64,000 bases of DNA from an uncultured Clostridia bacterium (GCA_944377305.1 CALWEL010000003.1:26902-90901), one strand, 5' to 3'. Positions 22,901 through 32,412 are shown, counted from the stretch's first letter. The notes: generated from the letters alone by a model not told the origin. Numbers and translations: made by a program.

Positions 22901-25900
22901 CTGATTCATCTAGTTATGAAATTCCATTTAATGTAGTTAACAATAGATTTACTGACGGAACTATAGGCGGAAGTTGGTCAGCAGAGATTGAAGAAAAGGA
23001 CGATAATTTTGATTATACAACCACTGCAATTAGTTCAAATGGTAGACCTATAGTTAGCCTTGAAGGAACGACTGTTAAATTAAATAGTTATGTAAATTAT
23101 GAGGATTTAGAATTTACAGTAAAATATATATACACTTTTGGTGAAAATAGATTTGTTTTGAAAGTGAACTATATCTATGAACAAATTGGTATCAACACTA
23201 GTCCGCAAAGTGTCACTGTGGGCAACTTTGTACTTAGCAATGAAGATGAAGGCAGTGTGGTAAATAGTTATTTCAACAATCGTTTAGATTTGTCTACAAT
23301 TATAGGAAATTACAAGAAAAATATTACAATTCTATATTCAGGGCAAGAGCGAGCATCAATAGATTTGTCCAATGGCTCGATTGACAGGCTGGGCGACATT
23401 GTCACATTTGGCAATGGTTGCGGTATGAGATATGTTTATGAAAACGATATACATTATTTAGAATTTGATCAAACCACCTCAGATTATGTAGAACAATTTG
23501 AAATTCGATTTGATGATGTATTGGATGAAAATAATACAATTTATACAAAGACCATTACGGCAAATGTGCTAAGCGGATTGTATTACTCTCAACCTCAGTC
23601 TGGTATAGGATATAGCGAAGACAATCCTCATCTGTCTCAGCTGAACACAAATCAGCAGTACAATAGCGCAACAGGCAGTCAGATAACGATTAATTCTAGT
23701 GCAAATGCTGATACGGGTGTGACTAGATATTACTTCGGAGGATTAAATATTTATACTAATGTTGATAGTTCGCTTGAAATATCATTCTCGGACAATAGTT
23801 ATATTGCATCCCTATTGGAAGAAAATCAAATATTGACTGTTAACAGTACGCAATATATTGACTTCACTCATACAGCTCAAGACAAAATTTTAACCTTAAA
23901 TATAAATGTTCTTTCAGAAACGGGCGAATATTATCAAAGAAGCGGAACATCACTAGTAATCAATTATTTTGTCAATGCGCAAAGGACATACGCTGGATTA
24001 GTTGCCTCCTATTATGCTGTGGGAGCGAATCACGAAAATGTTGTGAGCGGGTATAGTATAAGTGATATTTATGCAGAGTTGTTTACAGACATATCTGGGT
24101 ATGATATGATCAAAGATATTGCAAATTCTGAAAATAATATCATCAATCAAAAGCGAATTGCTATCATTGATTTGAATGGAAATCATATTCTAAATTATTC
24201 ACCGACTGCACTTGGTTTCACAGTTTCTAGAAATCCAAATTATATCAATTTCTCTGCTGGAGAGGGAGCATCTTTGCCAAGTTCTAGCAATGAGCTAACA
24301 TTCTCAACAGTGGATACCAACACTTTGGCAAATTTGTATTTGCAAAACAATGCGGGAGTTAGCAACGTAGTATATACATATCAGATAATGAGTAGTAGCG
24401 AATATAAAGATGGATTAGATTATCAATTGGAAACTAATGGTACAATCGGAAGTAGTGAATATGTCACTCTCTTAGTCGAAGATACGGCGGAAGGAACTCC
24501 GTTGATTTATGGAGATACAACTACAGAAAATGGTCAAACAGTTATGCTAGGTAATCACATAGCTACATTAATGGATGGAAATAATAGTGTGCTATATATT
24601 ACATCATTAGAAATTCAAATCGATGGAAGTCGAATTAGCGATTATGATATTGAAAAATTCAATAGAGTAGAGTCTAGTAGTTATCCAGATGATATAGTCT
24701 ATGTATTGTCAAATATAAACGGCTCAGACATAACTTTAACCATAAGATTAGGTACTGGTAGACGCCTGTATGTAGGACTACAAAGAAATAGTGGAAGTCT
24801 ATTTGATACAATGTCAGTCAAACTCACACTATTTGGAGATAGTGGAAATTTGATTTCTATATATAAAGATGGTGTATTGAACTCAAGAGAGTTAGAGATC
24901 AAATTCTACAATTATAGTCTTGAAAGTGCATACAGCACCAGTTATGATTCAATTTATGCCACTAATTATATAGATCTTTCTGAAAAAATTTCGATCAATT
25001 CGAATGCAGATAATGAAACAGTATCTTTGAGCAATGCAGAACTAGTCACAGGTAATAGTCAGGGTGCAAGTAGCTATTCGATTGGTGGAAATAGATATTA
25101 TATCAGCAGTATTAGGAACAATATTTTTGACTATGAGACAACGACTATAGGAGATGCACCTGTCAATCTAATTATGACGAAAGCGGTTGGCGTCAATATC
25201 AATGTTAGCCTGATATTCAAAGTTTCGGTAGACGGGTATTTTATAGGCAATATGCAATACAATTTCTTGTTGCGTCCAAACTTTGAGTTTAGGGTGAATG
25301 GTAGTCCGATTTCAAACGGAGATGATGAATTCTACACAAATTACATTTTGACTACAGATATAAAGAAATTAAATGCGACGCATTTCCAATACAATGAAGA
25401 TTTGACTACTTATGAAAGCACGAATACCCCAATTTTGTTCAGCGGATCAAATTACAACACTGATTTAACATTAGAATTATACACGGCAGATGGAACGAAT
25501 CAGAAAATTACAGATACAAACAATGTATCAATTACAGAATCATCAAGTTGGGGGACAGATTATTTAACAATTAATAACTTGAAATTGACCTTGAATAAAG
25601 ATATTTCAGGATTAGTGATTCTTCGATTGGATATCAATTTAAGAGAGAATGGAACATATACAATATATTGGAATATCAACATTTTAGGTTTCGTGACATT
25701 GCAATATAGATCTGTTACAGGTGAAAATGCTATATTGACTCATTCAAGTGGTGAAGCATTCTCATCAGGTGAGGATGTTCCTATCATCAATACTTCATCA
25801 GTAGATGGCACGGGAATACTTATGTCAGATACTGCACAAGTATTAAATGAAAGCCCACGAATTGAGAATGATTTTGAAATAGAATCCATTTTGGCAGATT

Positions 25901-27885
25901 ATGTCATCGTACCATTTACTGAAACTGTTAATGCGGATCAATTATTCAATTCTAATCCTCAATATAGAGCGACACTTACTTATAGCAATATTCTTGCTTC
26001 AAATAATGTAAGTTTAGTATTGCCTAGTGTAGCTCAGTCTAGTGGTCCGAACTATGAGTATTATAATGTGATCTATAGAGTGTACTACACATATTTAAAT
26101 CAAACAACGGACTATTATTATGTCACTTATAAAGTTTATAACAGTGCTACAGTAAATGTAAATAGTAATTTCACTATAGTAGATGTAGACAATGATACAT
26201 TCAGCGATCATCTTGATTTGTTCTATTATGCTGAAAATTATGTTGATACAAGCAATGTTTCAAATAGTGTGACTCTACATTTAGATAGAGATAAAAACAT
26301 TGTGGCGGATTTGACTCTGACCGGTGCATATAGTGGTTATACAGACACATATACAAGAGATCCTGATAGGACATCTGATTATATCAGTGGTGATTACACA
26401 TTGCGTATCACATCAAACAACAATATTAACACTATTAGTATATTGAATAGAGGTTCGCAAGTTGTATCGTTCACGGCAAATCGATCAACAACTACATTTA
26501 GCACATATTATGACGATGACGGTGAGTATATTGTTAATGGATCAATATTTGCTAGTGAATATTCAAATATAGACGATTTCCAGAGATTTATATCATCATT
26601 GGATAGCATTAGATTGTCTAATATGACGGGCTTCACTGGTTCAAATTCCGAAATTTATTTTGCATTAGAATATATAGATGGAATAGGATCCAATGGTGTG
26701 TTTGGTATTGATTTGTCTAAACCGAAAACAGATGCTAATTTAGGCACTGACTATAGCGTAGAGACAAATAGATTATTTGATAATGAATTGATAGCTGATC
26801 TTGATGTAATTGCCAGCGGAAATTCAATCATTCATATTGAAAAATACGATCCTGATTCAAATCTAGGGTTCAAATTGACTACTACGAATGCCATTACTCC
26901 AAAAGGGCAATTTAGAGTGCGAGATATGTTCTTGCCTACTCAGTGTAGTTCTACATTATTCTTGGATTATGTAGTGGTAGGAGTATATTCGTCTTCACTT
27001 AGAACAACAAATTGGGTAACAAATGCAGATAGTGTCAGCGTTATCGACGATGATGTGGGGAAAATTAATGTGAATGGAACGGATTACATTTTGTGTCAAT
27101 TGCGATTCAGTGGATCTTCGGATAGTCTATATAATCTAGTGACCACAAATTACTATGCGATTTGCTCACCAACTGGAAATATTGTAACAGTTGATTATGG
27201 CACTAATATTCAATCATATTTCTTCCAAGTTAATTACACCAATTCGGATTCAGTCTTGGATCTATATGGCAAATTTGCTACGTATCAAAACTCATCTGAC
27301 GGAACATTGACGAAAACTCCATATTCTAGCGATTCTGCTATTTTAAGCTCTATAACGGATACTGAGTATAGTGATATTACTTCAGATGCGGGAAGGACAA
27401 GATACATCACTGTTACAAAAGATAGATTAAGAGAATACAAGAACAATAATCCAACTGCTACAGCATTGAGTTTGAAGTATTCAGCTACTTACAATGGTAA
27501 GCCATTGGATTTCAGAGTGGACTTCCAACTTCCAGAATATCCATTTGTAGAAAATTCATTGACAGGTATAGGTGATATCTCCGTGAATTTATTAGACAAT
27601 GGTTTGATGGTATATAATACCAATGGAGAATTAGTAGAGTTGACTAGTGAAAACATAGCAATGGTATCTTCAATTGTTGAAAATAGTACGAATTATATTA
27701 GCGAGATTGTATCAAGTGAGGACAATTATACGGGAGTGATAATATTGAATCGTCAGATGATAGATCAATATTTCGCAGAAAATCCTAGTGAGAGTCAATT
27801 ATCAATTCTGCTTACTTTAACTACTGGTTCTTCACTGGAGATTCAACACGAGTTGCAATTCAACATTGTATTAGTTCGAACTTAA
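16906..27885 (+). CDS. giant (3,659 aa) N-terminally membrane-anchored surface protein of unknown function
   Basis: Uninterrupted 10,980-nt ORF in AT-rich DNA. Single N-terminal hydrophobic helix IFIVIGIVVASIAVFVGAVFGVMALMG. The remainder is N/S/T/Y/D/I-rich and beta-strand-like. No LPXTG, SLH or catalytic motif recognised. Confidence 0.9.
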   Translation: MTKKIFIVIGIVVASIAVFVGAVFGVMALMGKFKTPDVYPDRLQFVENEQTIIYQEENSEKIYSFVLNGFSDNQDYEVNKKDCYIYFVDNVGADLITLCNEDGEPLLSENNYYSIECNEYVYYKIKPVSESDFSLDSYGQVILQARDSRSQIQSNNLIIWIDREVSNVYLDYADSIAYDGEQELTIGVDVALDFVFDADPLHSLDPINREEGKIVELYYYDPDESDYIPINQDTYSTLPFIKYDSDTQIYSFSSESSGTYEFKIAVFSTYQERADYLSSEYVETDSYFERVSRMVNTTLVLNVVNSDISNVGMNSTGVGLNLYSDNNYITLSGQSGVEGANDNNLGLYMIKDGQSTTIRFNEVDFDLNQSNNWMDEDIVFTSDDETKTIRFNQNSASITGFGDYDNTYNINFDLDNNRINLTDRSTGLITLRLIYALDNIKTDYNTTMIQSISCQYDNNTITFNCSTGVAFFYNDGEGIHSIKALKSGSYLEFYVYDTQLVQYTKANALDYSVTSIGSGETKSWNIIAKNNLVIADTESLVLGILVVNNNGGAHFASTGVTINPVELSFEFVNEDQTHNLQVEYERDENQSYQAIYPELDFGEIVTITNGSYDACVFVTPKVEDGEVYDVDVIEGMIFIDGMGNEYVLVGYIEANQFRNKVRVRPGAVNSNTAIYMIQLRNQYDQTADDYIQSLFENEANNIVLRYSILMEDAEGIISTKFVDLTMFNGELNATLTDGSANISNVAVVNGDLVVTINNQEYVCTFVSVSRNGTEVCLANRQSADADAVAEIVNSYITDTRSVTITVSYVLLMNEISFNYNPGSVDGNTNPDGGDTFVNIVDGDVFVVENTTAHTLTITSNVPNMLKNIYNAGGFNLENVHINMYNSSNVLVSQNSNALEIQNLEFIGDSLVLTYNSNSALSNTDSYLRIVLEYNGSQILSDSKIYIESTFATDIQFKYTDENDSNIVNTITLSQTPEDALNSSFYIEVEISYNVNANGGAGGYEYRYFIVDNSNAPTRKEIYAPDLSQKLFNVLTNGEISEGFQVLPAITGIDKSISYSSTSPSIVDFDTENFGLIINKIGRAVAQVNSDDVTRYFTISVVAKKSNDESDFTLTDLSGGLGEDSTEELTVNLNEFISYSYNDDGSDIALKTNSQFVSIENVEVVQFGGDSELEVVRDETTGNIYIMIESDDGIGDGTINDELIVMRIESDENSWKFTRVSYLYAGLVIRFDINVKTNETLTYELTFTSSVEININSAWNNFYQGTTVLLYEESESGDSSNNPVFRIKNSISEGVSITSQVYINGSETPILIENEEFTFTDVGTYRFSFLHNNSELSSYTINVVPNVIAQINNSEFSGGETYNYSDFVHLKNFKAGVVYGTSAVGVYPQTDAYLEDMSSYTNLSLNLMQGTIISLGDNSTFTIGWIENIGEELIESIRISYNYTLNNANRSIDLLETQIILKNKYNISRETDGYPDYENQTYNIMSNINYNSFIEIMDNPQFTLSSIQSNVSNVIFSIESGNIFKLITNLSDIQNNVVLTFRFEDADGNSLIYTTSMDSTFAIRLIPLVPDELDTKAYSGLDSSDAFDLLNDLYAVNALLEDLEDKDIIDSIVVTGVSDSSMFADTVFIGSGYRESHNYGAFAVIQEIDGNKITITISYKITYSDGVEYEFTRELVINNRQYITITAPFEDDSLTDTTTSYVFVGEDTAKDAENLMAVYQSENVYQVTIKNIDNIDYYFEPVNIGQTINFKYDDIQSVRRVNVFNSQDSSVAPDADFTIELIARQNNANTSNYYNNNQIMINNENKTVKFNQHSSFGSNTYGYFIFKLTSESGAVAYYFVYLYNQMNTSYNNVDYTNVYTINSSESFDTQIERPFLDTALGTLLGVTINSEFFNTNFGASINYSNVDFYLLDAEMLDGNYYDIVGSEYKRYSKIDDKNIPIISNYTYLKIGMLFNSGTVKFYIGTLDVYVLPMYVETNDGNITQMISGVESGEYIKNLNTDSSSYEIPFNVVNNRFTDGTIGGSWSAEIEEKDDNFDYTTTAISSNGRPIVSLEGTTVKLNSYVNYEDLEFTVKYIYTFGENRFVLKVNYIYEQIGINTSPQSVTVGNFVLSNEDEGSVVNSYFNNRLDLSTIIGNYKKNITILYSGQERASIDLSNGSIDRLGDIVTFGNGCGMRYVYENDIHYLEFDQTTSDYVEQFEIRFDDVLDENNTIYTKTITANVLSGLYYSQPQSGIGYSEDNPHLSQLNTNQQYNSATGSQITINSSANADTGVTRYYFGGLNIYTNVDSSLEISFSDNSYIASLLEENQILTVNSTQYIDFTHTAQDKILTLNINVLSETGEYYQRSGTSLVINYFVNAQRTYAGLVASYYAVGANHENVVSGYSISDIYAELFTDISGYDMIKDIANSENNIINQKRIAIIDLNGNHILNYSPTALGFTVSRNPNYINFSAGEGASLPSSSNELTFSTVDTNTLANLYLQNNAGVSNVVYTYQIMSSSEYKDGLDYQLETNGTIGSSEYVTLLVEDTAEGTPLIYGDTTTENGQTVMLGNHIATLMDGNNSVLYITSLEIQIDGSRISDYDIEKFNRVESSSYPDDIVYVLSNINGSDITLTIRLGTGRRLYVGLQRNSGSLFDTMSVKLTLFGDSGNLISIYKDGVLNSRELEIKFYNYSLESAYSTSYDSIYATNYIDLSEKISINSNADNETVSLSNAELVTGNSQGASSYSIGGNRYYISSIRNNIFDYETTTIGDAPVNLIMTKAVGVNINVSLIFKVSVDGYFIGNMQYNFLLRPNFEFRVNGSPISNGDDEFYTNYILTTDIKKLNATHFQYNEDLTTYESTNTPILFSGSNYNTDLTLELYTADGTNQKITDTNNVSITESSSWGTDYLTINNLKLTLNKDISGLVILRLDINLRENGTYTIYWNINILGFVTLQYRSVTGENAILTHSSGEAFSSGEDVPIINTSSVDGTGILMSDTAQVLNESPRIENDFEIESILADYVIVPFTETVNADQLFNSNPQYRATLTYSNILASNNVSLVLPSVAQSSGPNYEYYNVIYRVYYTYLNQTTDYYYVTYKVYNSATVNVNSNFTIVDVDNDTFSDHLDLFYYAENYVDTSNVSNSVTLHLDRDKNIVADLTLTGAYSGYTDTYTRDPDRTSDYISGDYTLRITSNNNINTISILNRGSQVVSFTANRSTTTFSTYYDDDGEYIVNGSIFASEYSNIDDFQRFISSLDSIRLSNMTGFTGSNSEIYFALEYIDGIGSNGVFGIDLSKPKTDANLGTDYSVETNRLFDNELIADLDVIASGNSIIHIEKYDPDSNLGFKLTTTNAITPKGQFRVRDMFLPTQCSSTLFLDYVVVGVYSSSLRTTNWVTNADSVSVIDDDVGKINVNGTDYILCQLRFSGSSDSLYNLVTTNYYAICSPTGNIVTVDYGTNIQSYFFQVNYTNSDSVLDLYGKFATYQNSSDGTLTKTPYSSDSAILSSITDTEYSDITSDAGRTRYITVTKDRLREYKNNNPTATALSLKYSATYNGKPLDFRVDFQLPEYPFVENSLTGIGDISVNLLDNGLMVYNTNGELVELTSENIAMVSSIVENSTNYISEIVSSEDNYTGVIILNRQMIDQYFAENPSESQLSILLTLTTGSSLEIQHELQFNIVLVRT

Positions 27886-27900
27886 TAAATAGAGTAAAAG

Positions 27901-27926
27901 GGATTCGCATTTTGCGAATTCTTTTT
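27901..27926 (+). terminator. intrinsic terminator after the giant gene
   Basis: ggattcgc-atttt-gcgaattc (8 bp including one G-U) followed by TTTTT. Confidence 0.7.
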
Positions 27927-28038
27927 CTTAGTATAAAAAAAATATCAAATTATATTTTAAAAGTTATCTGTCAATTTATTGTCAATAGATAAATATTTGT
28001 CATACATTGAATATTCATTATTAAAACTATTGAAATTG

Positions 28039-28067
28039 TTGACAAAATTATAACTGTTTATTAAAAT
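28039..28067 (+). promoter_or_regulatory. sigmaA-type promoter of the sepF operon
   Basis: TTGACA-17 nt-TAAAAT, 20 nt upstream of ATG 28088. Confidence 0.55.
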
Positions 28068-28087
28068 ATATACAAGTAGAGGTGAAT

Positions 28088-28333
28088 ATGGCAGGACTTA
28101 ATACGGAAGATTTTGAAAACAAATGTATGGACGTGATTGAAACTATTGTAGGAATAGATAATCGTCTGGATAGAAAAGGTGCTATCAAAGTTGCAGAAAA
28201 AATGCTAGCAAAAGCGAAGACAAAAACGAATAATAAACAAGTGATTGCTATTTATGAACGTGTTGTCAAAGAGTTCAACATTGCTACAGATGCAGAATAT
28301 GATCTTTTGAAAAAACAAATTTTCGGTTCATAG
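28088..28333 (+). CDS. small hypothetical helical protein upstream of sepF
   Basis: 81-aa ORF from ATG 28088 with RBS GAGGTG. No family recognised. Confidence 0.5.
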   Translation: MAGLNTEDFENKCMDVIETIVGIDNRLDRKGAIKVAEKMLAKAKTKTNNKQVIAIYERVVKEFNIATDAEYDLLKKQIFGS

Positions 28334-28340
28334 GAGAGAT

Positions 28341-28793
28341 ATGGGGTTTTTCGATTGGGTAATGCGCGGACTGGGATTTGATGATAAAAACAAGAAAGAC
28401 AAGAAATCGAAAGCTGTCGTTCAAGATGACAAATATTCCAATTTTAATCTTCACGAACGAATCGCGGGAGAGTCAAATTCTTTATCATCTCTTCCTACTG
28501 GAGCTAATTTCAATTCGTTTGGGCTTCAACCAGAATCTAATATAATAATGGTCGAACCTACGACTCATAAAGAAATTCAACAAGTCATTGATTATCTAAA
28601 GCAAGGACAGTCTGTCGCAGTAAATCTTGAAGGAATTGCGGATGAGGATAGAATGAGGATCCTAGATTTTTTGTCAGGAGCAATATATGGTCTCAATGGC
28701 AGTATTTTGCGTTGGCACGGTGATTTATTTTTGCTAACGCCAGAAGGGCACAAGATTTTACGACCTGAAAATTCTGATAAAAATAATTTATAG
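28341..28793 (+). CDS. sepF: cell division protein SepF
   Basis: C-terminal SepF domain: IIMVEPTTHKEIQQVIDYLKQGQSVAVNLEGIADEDRMRILDFLSGAIYGLNGSI...LFLLTP. Confidence 0.85.
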   Translation: MGFFDWVMRGLGFDDKNKKDKKSKAVVQDDKYSNFNLHERIAGESNSLSSLPTGANFNSFGLQPESNIIMVEPTTHKEIQQVIDYLKQGQSVAVNLEGIADEDRMRILDFLSGAIYGLNGSILRWHGDLFLLTPEGHKILRPENSDKNNL

Positions 28794-28918
28794 CATTTAA
28801 GCATATAATATGATTATTTGATTGAATAAAATCAATATAGTTGATCATATAATTTTAATGTTCATATTATAATTAAAAATTTAAAAATATGTAATGTAAG
28901 GAAATGAATTGATTTAGA

Positions 28919-29401
28919 ATGAAAAAATGGATAACTATCATTTGTTCAATAATTGGTGTTTTGGTAATAGATCTTGTTACCAAACATTTTTTATTTGAGG
29001 TCGAATATTTCAATTTGATACCAAATGTAATCTCCATTGCCACAAACAACGGCAATACAGGTGCTGCCTTTGGACTATTTAGCGACAATACAATCGCCCT
29101 TATAATCGTCAGCATAATTATGATAATCGCGCTATTTATATTCAATTATTTTGTGAAGACAAATTCAATTTTCTATTCCATTTCATTCGGATTCATTTTG
29201 GGCGGAGCAATAGGCAATTTGGTGGATAGATTATTTTTAGGATATGTCAGAGATTTTATATTCCTAGATTTTTGGCAAGCGTTCCCTGTATTTAATTTTG
29301 CGGATAGTTTTTTGTGTGTAGGAGCGGTGATGATGGCAATATTCATACTATTTTTTATGGGGAAGAAAAATTTGAGGCAGGAAAATGAAAACAATTCTTA
29401 A
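28919..29401 (+). CDS. lspA: lipoprotein signal peptidase II
   Basis: [29 protein letters not shown] motifs and 4 TM segments. Confidence 0.85.
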   Translation: MKKWITIICSIIGVLVIDLVTKHFLFEVEYFNLIPNVISIATNNGNTGAAFGLFSDNTIALIIVSIIMIIALFIFNYFVKTNSIFYSISFGFILGGAIGNLVDRLFLGYVRDFIFLDFWQAFPVFNFADSFLCVGAVMMAIFILFFMGKKNLRQENENNS

Positions 29402-30290
29402 AGTAAACGAAGATGGTGTAGATATTAGATTGGACATTTTTTTGGTGCAGCACACGAGTTTTTCACGCAGTTATTTGAAAACATTGAATGATGAAGGAAG
29501 AATTTTGGTGAACAATGAAAAGAAAAAATCGGGTTATAAATTGAAACTATCCGATCAGATAGAGATAGATGAAAAACCAATCAGCACCATTGACGCATCG
29601 CCTGAAAATATTCCGCTTGATATAGTGTATGAAGATGACGATTTGCTGGTAATAAACAAGCAGGCAGGGCTAGTGGTTCACCCGTGCGCTAGCACAAAAT
29701 CGCACACTCTTGTCAACGCATTGATGTATCATATCAAAAATTTATCTACGATTAATGGCGTGTTGCGCCCAGGTATTGTGCATAGATTAGACAAAGACAC
29801 AGGGGGATTGATAATAGTTGCGAAAAACGACAATTCGCACAAGATTTTGAGCGAACAACTAAAGGATAAAACGCTAAATAGGGAATACAAAGCATTGATA
29901 AAAGGAAGGATAAAAGAAGATTTTGTTATAGAGGGATATTTGATTCGAAATCCGAAGAATAGAGAGCAAATGATGCTCACCAAATCTGAAAAAGGCAAGT
30001 ATAGCAAAACAATTTTTAGTATAGATGCAGTGTATGATCATTATACATTATTGAATTGCAAGTTGACGACAGGTAGGACGCATCAAATACGCGCCCATCT
30101 AAAATCAATCAATCATCCTATCGTGGGGGACAAATTGTATGGTGGTGAAGACAAAAACATTGCCACAAATGGTCAACTGTTATTTGCCTATAAAATCAAT
30201 TTCGTTCACCCGACCAGCAAAGAAAAGCTCCAATTTGAAATTGGTTTGCCCGATTATTTTTTAGATGTCATCAAAAAAATATCCGATTGA
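29385..30290 (+). CDS. rluD: RluA-family 23S rRNA pseudouridine synthase (RluD-like)
   Basis: N-terminal S4-like region (RLDIFL...SRSYLKTL), catalytic [26 protein letters not shown]. Overlaps the lspA end. Confidence 0.85.
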   Translation: MKTILKVNEDGVDIRLDIFLVQHTSFSRSYLKTLNDEGRILVNNEKKKSGYKLKLSDQIEIDEKPISTIDASPENIPLDIVYEDDDLLVINKQAGLVVHPCASTKSHTLVNALMYHIKNLSTINGVLRPGIVHRLDKDTGGLIIVAKNDNSHKILSEQLKDKTLNREYKALIKGRIKEDFVIEGYLIRNPKNREQMMLTKSEKGKYSKTIFSIDAVYDHYTLLNCKLTTGRTHQIRAHLKSINHPIVGDKLYGGEDKNIATNGQLLFAYKINFVHPTSKEKLQFEIGLPDYFLDVIKKISD

Positions 30291-30451
30291 TTCAAACGAT
30301 TTATTTAAAATTGATTCAACTTCATACAAATATAGAAAAAATCATATAGAAAAGTGTAATTTTGACAAATTTTTTTGATATTTTTGACAAATTTTGTAAT
30401 TTATTTGTAAAAACTGAATAGTTATGTTATAATACGACTATTGGAGGATGT

Positions 30452-30718
30452 ATGAAAGGTAAGGGTTTTGTAAACTTTTTAGCATATCTTGCTATTATGC
30501 TCGTTGCCATTGCTTTGATCGTGCAATACATTTTGGGTGCGGTAGGGGTTAGTTCGACCGTTGTATCCGCTATGAGCACAATTGCACAATTTATTGCGTA
30601 TGCTATCACGGCAGTATTTGCATTTTATTTTGCCAAGTCTAGAAGAAGTATTGCCTTTATGATTGCTTATGTTATAGCAGTTATTTTGATAATTGTATTC
30701 TTGTTCTTGACATTTTAA
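30452..30718 (+). CDS. small membrane protein
   Basis: 88 aa with 3 hydrophobic segments. RBS GGAGGA 5 nt upstream. Confidence 0.5.
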   Translation: MKGKGFVNFLAYLAIMLVAIALIVQYILGAVGVSSTVVSAMSTIAQFIAYAITAVFAFYFAKSRRSIAFMIAYVIAVILIIVFLFLTF

Positions 30719-30724
30719 TTGATT

Positions 30725-31069
30725 ATGAAATTTAAGTTTAACTTAAAACTCACCATTTGTTTGGTGAGTTTGTTTGTAGGATTTATACTCTTGATTGTGG
30801 GCAATCAAAATAAGTATTGCCAGTCTTTTGGTTTTTTCTTTTTGTCAGTTGGCATAGTCTTTTTTGCCATAGATAGAACGGACAAAATCGTCAAAAGGCA
30901 AATGGAAATCGACAAAATTTTGGATAAAGAAAATGAATTGAATGATGAACAATCTATAGAGATAAATGCTGAATTTTCCACATTATACAAGCAAAAAAAG
31001 CGTATAAATATTGTGTCCTACATATGCGCGATACTTTTCATAATCGTAGGAATTTTTGTGCTAATTTGA
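30725..31069 (+). CDS. small membrane protein
   Basis: 114 aa from ATG 30725. Two N-terminal TM helices and one C-terminal TM helix flank a charged helix. Confidence 0.45.
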   Translation: MKFKFNLKLTICLVSLFVGFILLIVGNQNKYCQSFGFFFLSVGIVFFAIDRTDKIVKRQMEIDKILDKENELNDEQSIEINAEFSTLYKQKKRINIVSYICAILFIIVGIFVLI

Positions 31070-31128
31070 TTGATTTAATTTTAATTGTATGATAAAATAC
31101 ACAAGTCTATATTTATAAGGAGATTAGT

Positions 31129-32412
31129 ATGGTACTGAAAGTAGAGAAGAAAGAAAATGGAATTTATGAGGCAAAAGTGAGCCTTGATGAAAAAGATTGG
31201 CAGGATAGCCTTAATTCCGCGTATGAAAAAAATAAGGGGAAATTCAATATTCCAGGGTTCAGGAAAGGTCACGCACCTAGGAATATTATTGAAAAAAGTT
31301 ATGGTGAAGGCGCATTTGTAAACGAAGCGCTAGATGAAGTGTATTACAAAGCGTATACGCAAGTTTTGCGCGAAAATGAAGATATCAAGCCGGTTGACGC
31401 GCCAAAACTTGATATTAAAAAATTGGACAAATCTGGAGTCGAACTATTGTTGACTATTGTATGTGTGCCAGATTTCACACTCGCTCCATACAAGGGATTG
31501 AAGTTTGAAAAGAAAAAGACAGAGATAACAGACAAAGATGTTGAAGAAGAAATCAATAAGGAGTTGTTGCGCGCCTCTCGATTGGTCGAAACGAAAAAGC
31601 CGGTGAAAGAAGGCGATTTTGTTACGCTAGACTTTGATGGATATATTGACGGCAAGCAGTTTGAAGGTGGCAAGGCGGACAATTATCAATTAAAGATTGG
31701 TAGCAAATCTTTTATCGACAATTTTGAAGATCAATTGGTTGGGCTCAATATTGGGGACAAAAAAGATGTGGTCGTCACTTTCCCAAAAGATTATCACGCA
31801 AAAGATTTAGCAGGCAAACCTGCCACATTTAAAGTCGAAATTAAAAATATACGCGAGCGCGTAATGCCAATACTTAATGAAGAATTTGTTTCCAATTCTA
31901 CGGAATTTGACTCGGTAGACAAATACAAAGAGAGTATTCGTACACGCCTTGAAAAAGAAGCGGACGAGCGAAATGAATTGGAGTTGGACAACGACATTTT
32001 AGACAAAGTCATTGACGATACCGAGCTGAATGTGCCTGAAGTGATGGTGGATGAAGAGTTTGATCGTCAAATGAATGGGCTGAACGCTCAAATGCAATAT
32101 CAAGGCTTGAAACTTGAAGACTATGTGAAATATATTGGCAAGACAATGGATCAATTCAAAGAAGAAGTGAAAGCAAATTCGCGTAGACAAGTGAAAGGGC
32201 GTTTGGTATTGGAAAAACTTATTCGAGATGAGCATCTAGACTTGATAGAAAAAGATATCGACGAAAAAATCGAAGAAATGGCAAAAAATACCGGAAAGAC
32301 GGTGGAAGAATTCAAGAAGCAAGTTAATAATGATATGATAAATCATATTGCAAATGAAATTCTTATGAAGAAATTGGTAGAATTTTTGAGAAACAACAAT
32401 GAAATTATCTAA
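31129..32412 (+). CDS. tig: trigger factor
   Basis: 427 aa. Ribosome-binding signature PGFRKGHAP. FKBP-like middle region (GDFVTLDFDGYIDGKQFEGG). Confidence 0.92.
   Translation: MVLKVEKKENGIYEAKVSLDEKDWQDSLNSAYEKNKGKFNIPGFRKGHAPRNIIEKSYGEGAFVNEALDEVYYKAYTQVLRENEDIKPVDAPKLDIKKLDKSGVELLLTIVCVPDFTLAPYKGLKFEKKKTEITDKDVEEEINKELLRASRLVETKKPVKEGDFVTLDFDGYIDGKQFEGGKADNYQLKIGSKSFIDNFEDQLVGLNIGDKKDVVVTFPKDYHAKDLAGKPATFKVEIKNIRERVMPILNEEFVSNSTEFDSVDKYKESIRTRLEKEADERNELELDNDILDKVIDDTELNVPEVMVDEEFDRQMNGLNAQMQYQGLKLEDYVKYIGKTMDQFKEEVKANSRRQVKGRLVLEKLIRDEHLDLIEKDIDEKIEEMAKNTGKTVEEFKKQVNNDMINHIANEILMKKLVEFLRNNNEII

Noticed and set aside
27961-28010. Three TGTCA(A/T) boxes (ctgtcaatttattgtcaatagataaatatttgtcatac) upstream of the sepF-operon promoter as a regulator site.
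   Set aside because: The motifs are short and AT-rich, with no clear dyad symmetry and no match to a known operator I can name.
28079-28093. A 15-nt identity (gaggtgaatatggca) between the start regions of ORF 28088 and sigG (44266-44280).
   Set aside because: It consists of an SD, a spacer and ATG-GCA. A single 15-mer match is expected by chance in 64 kb of AT-rich DNA.
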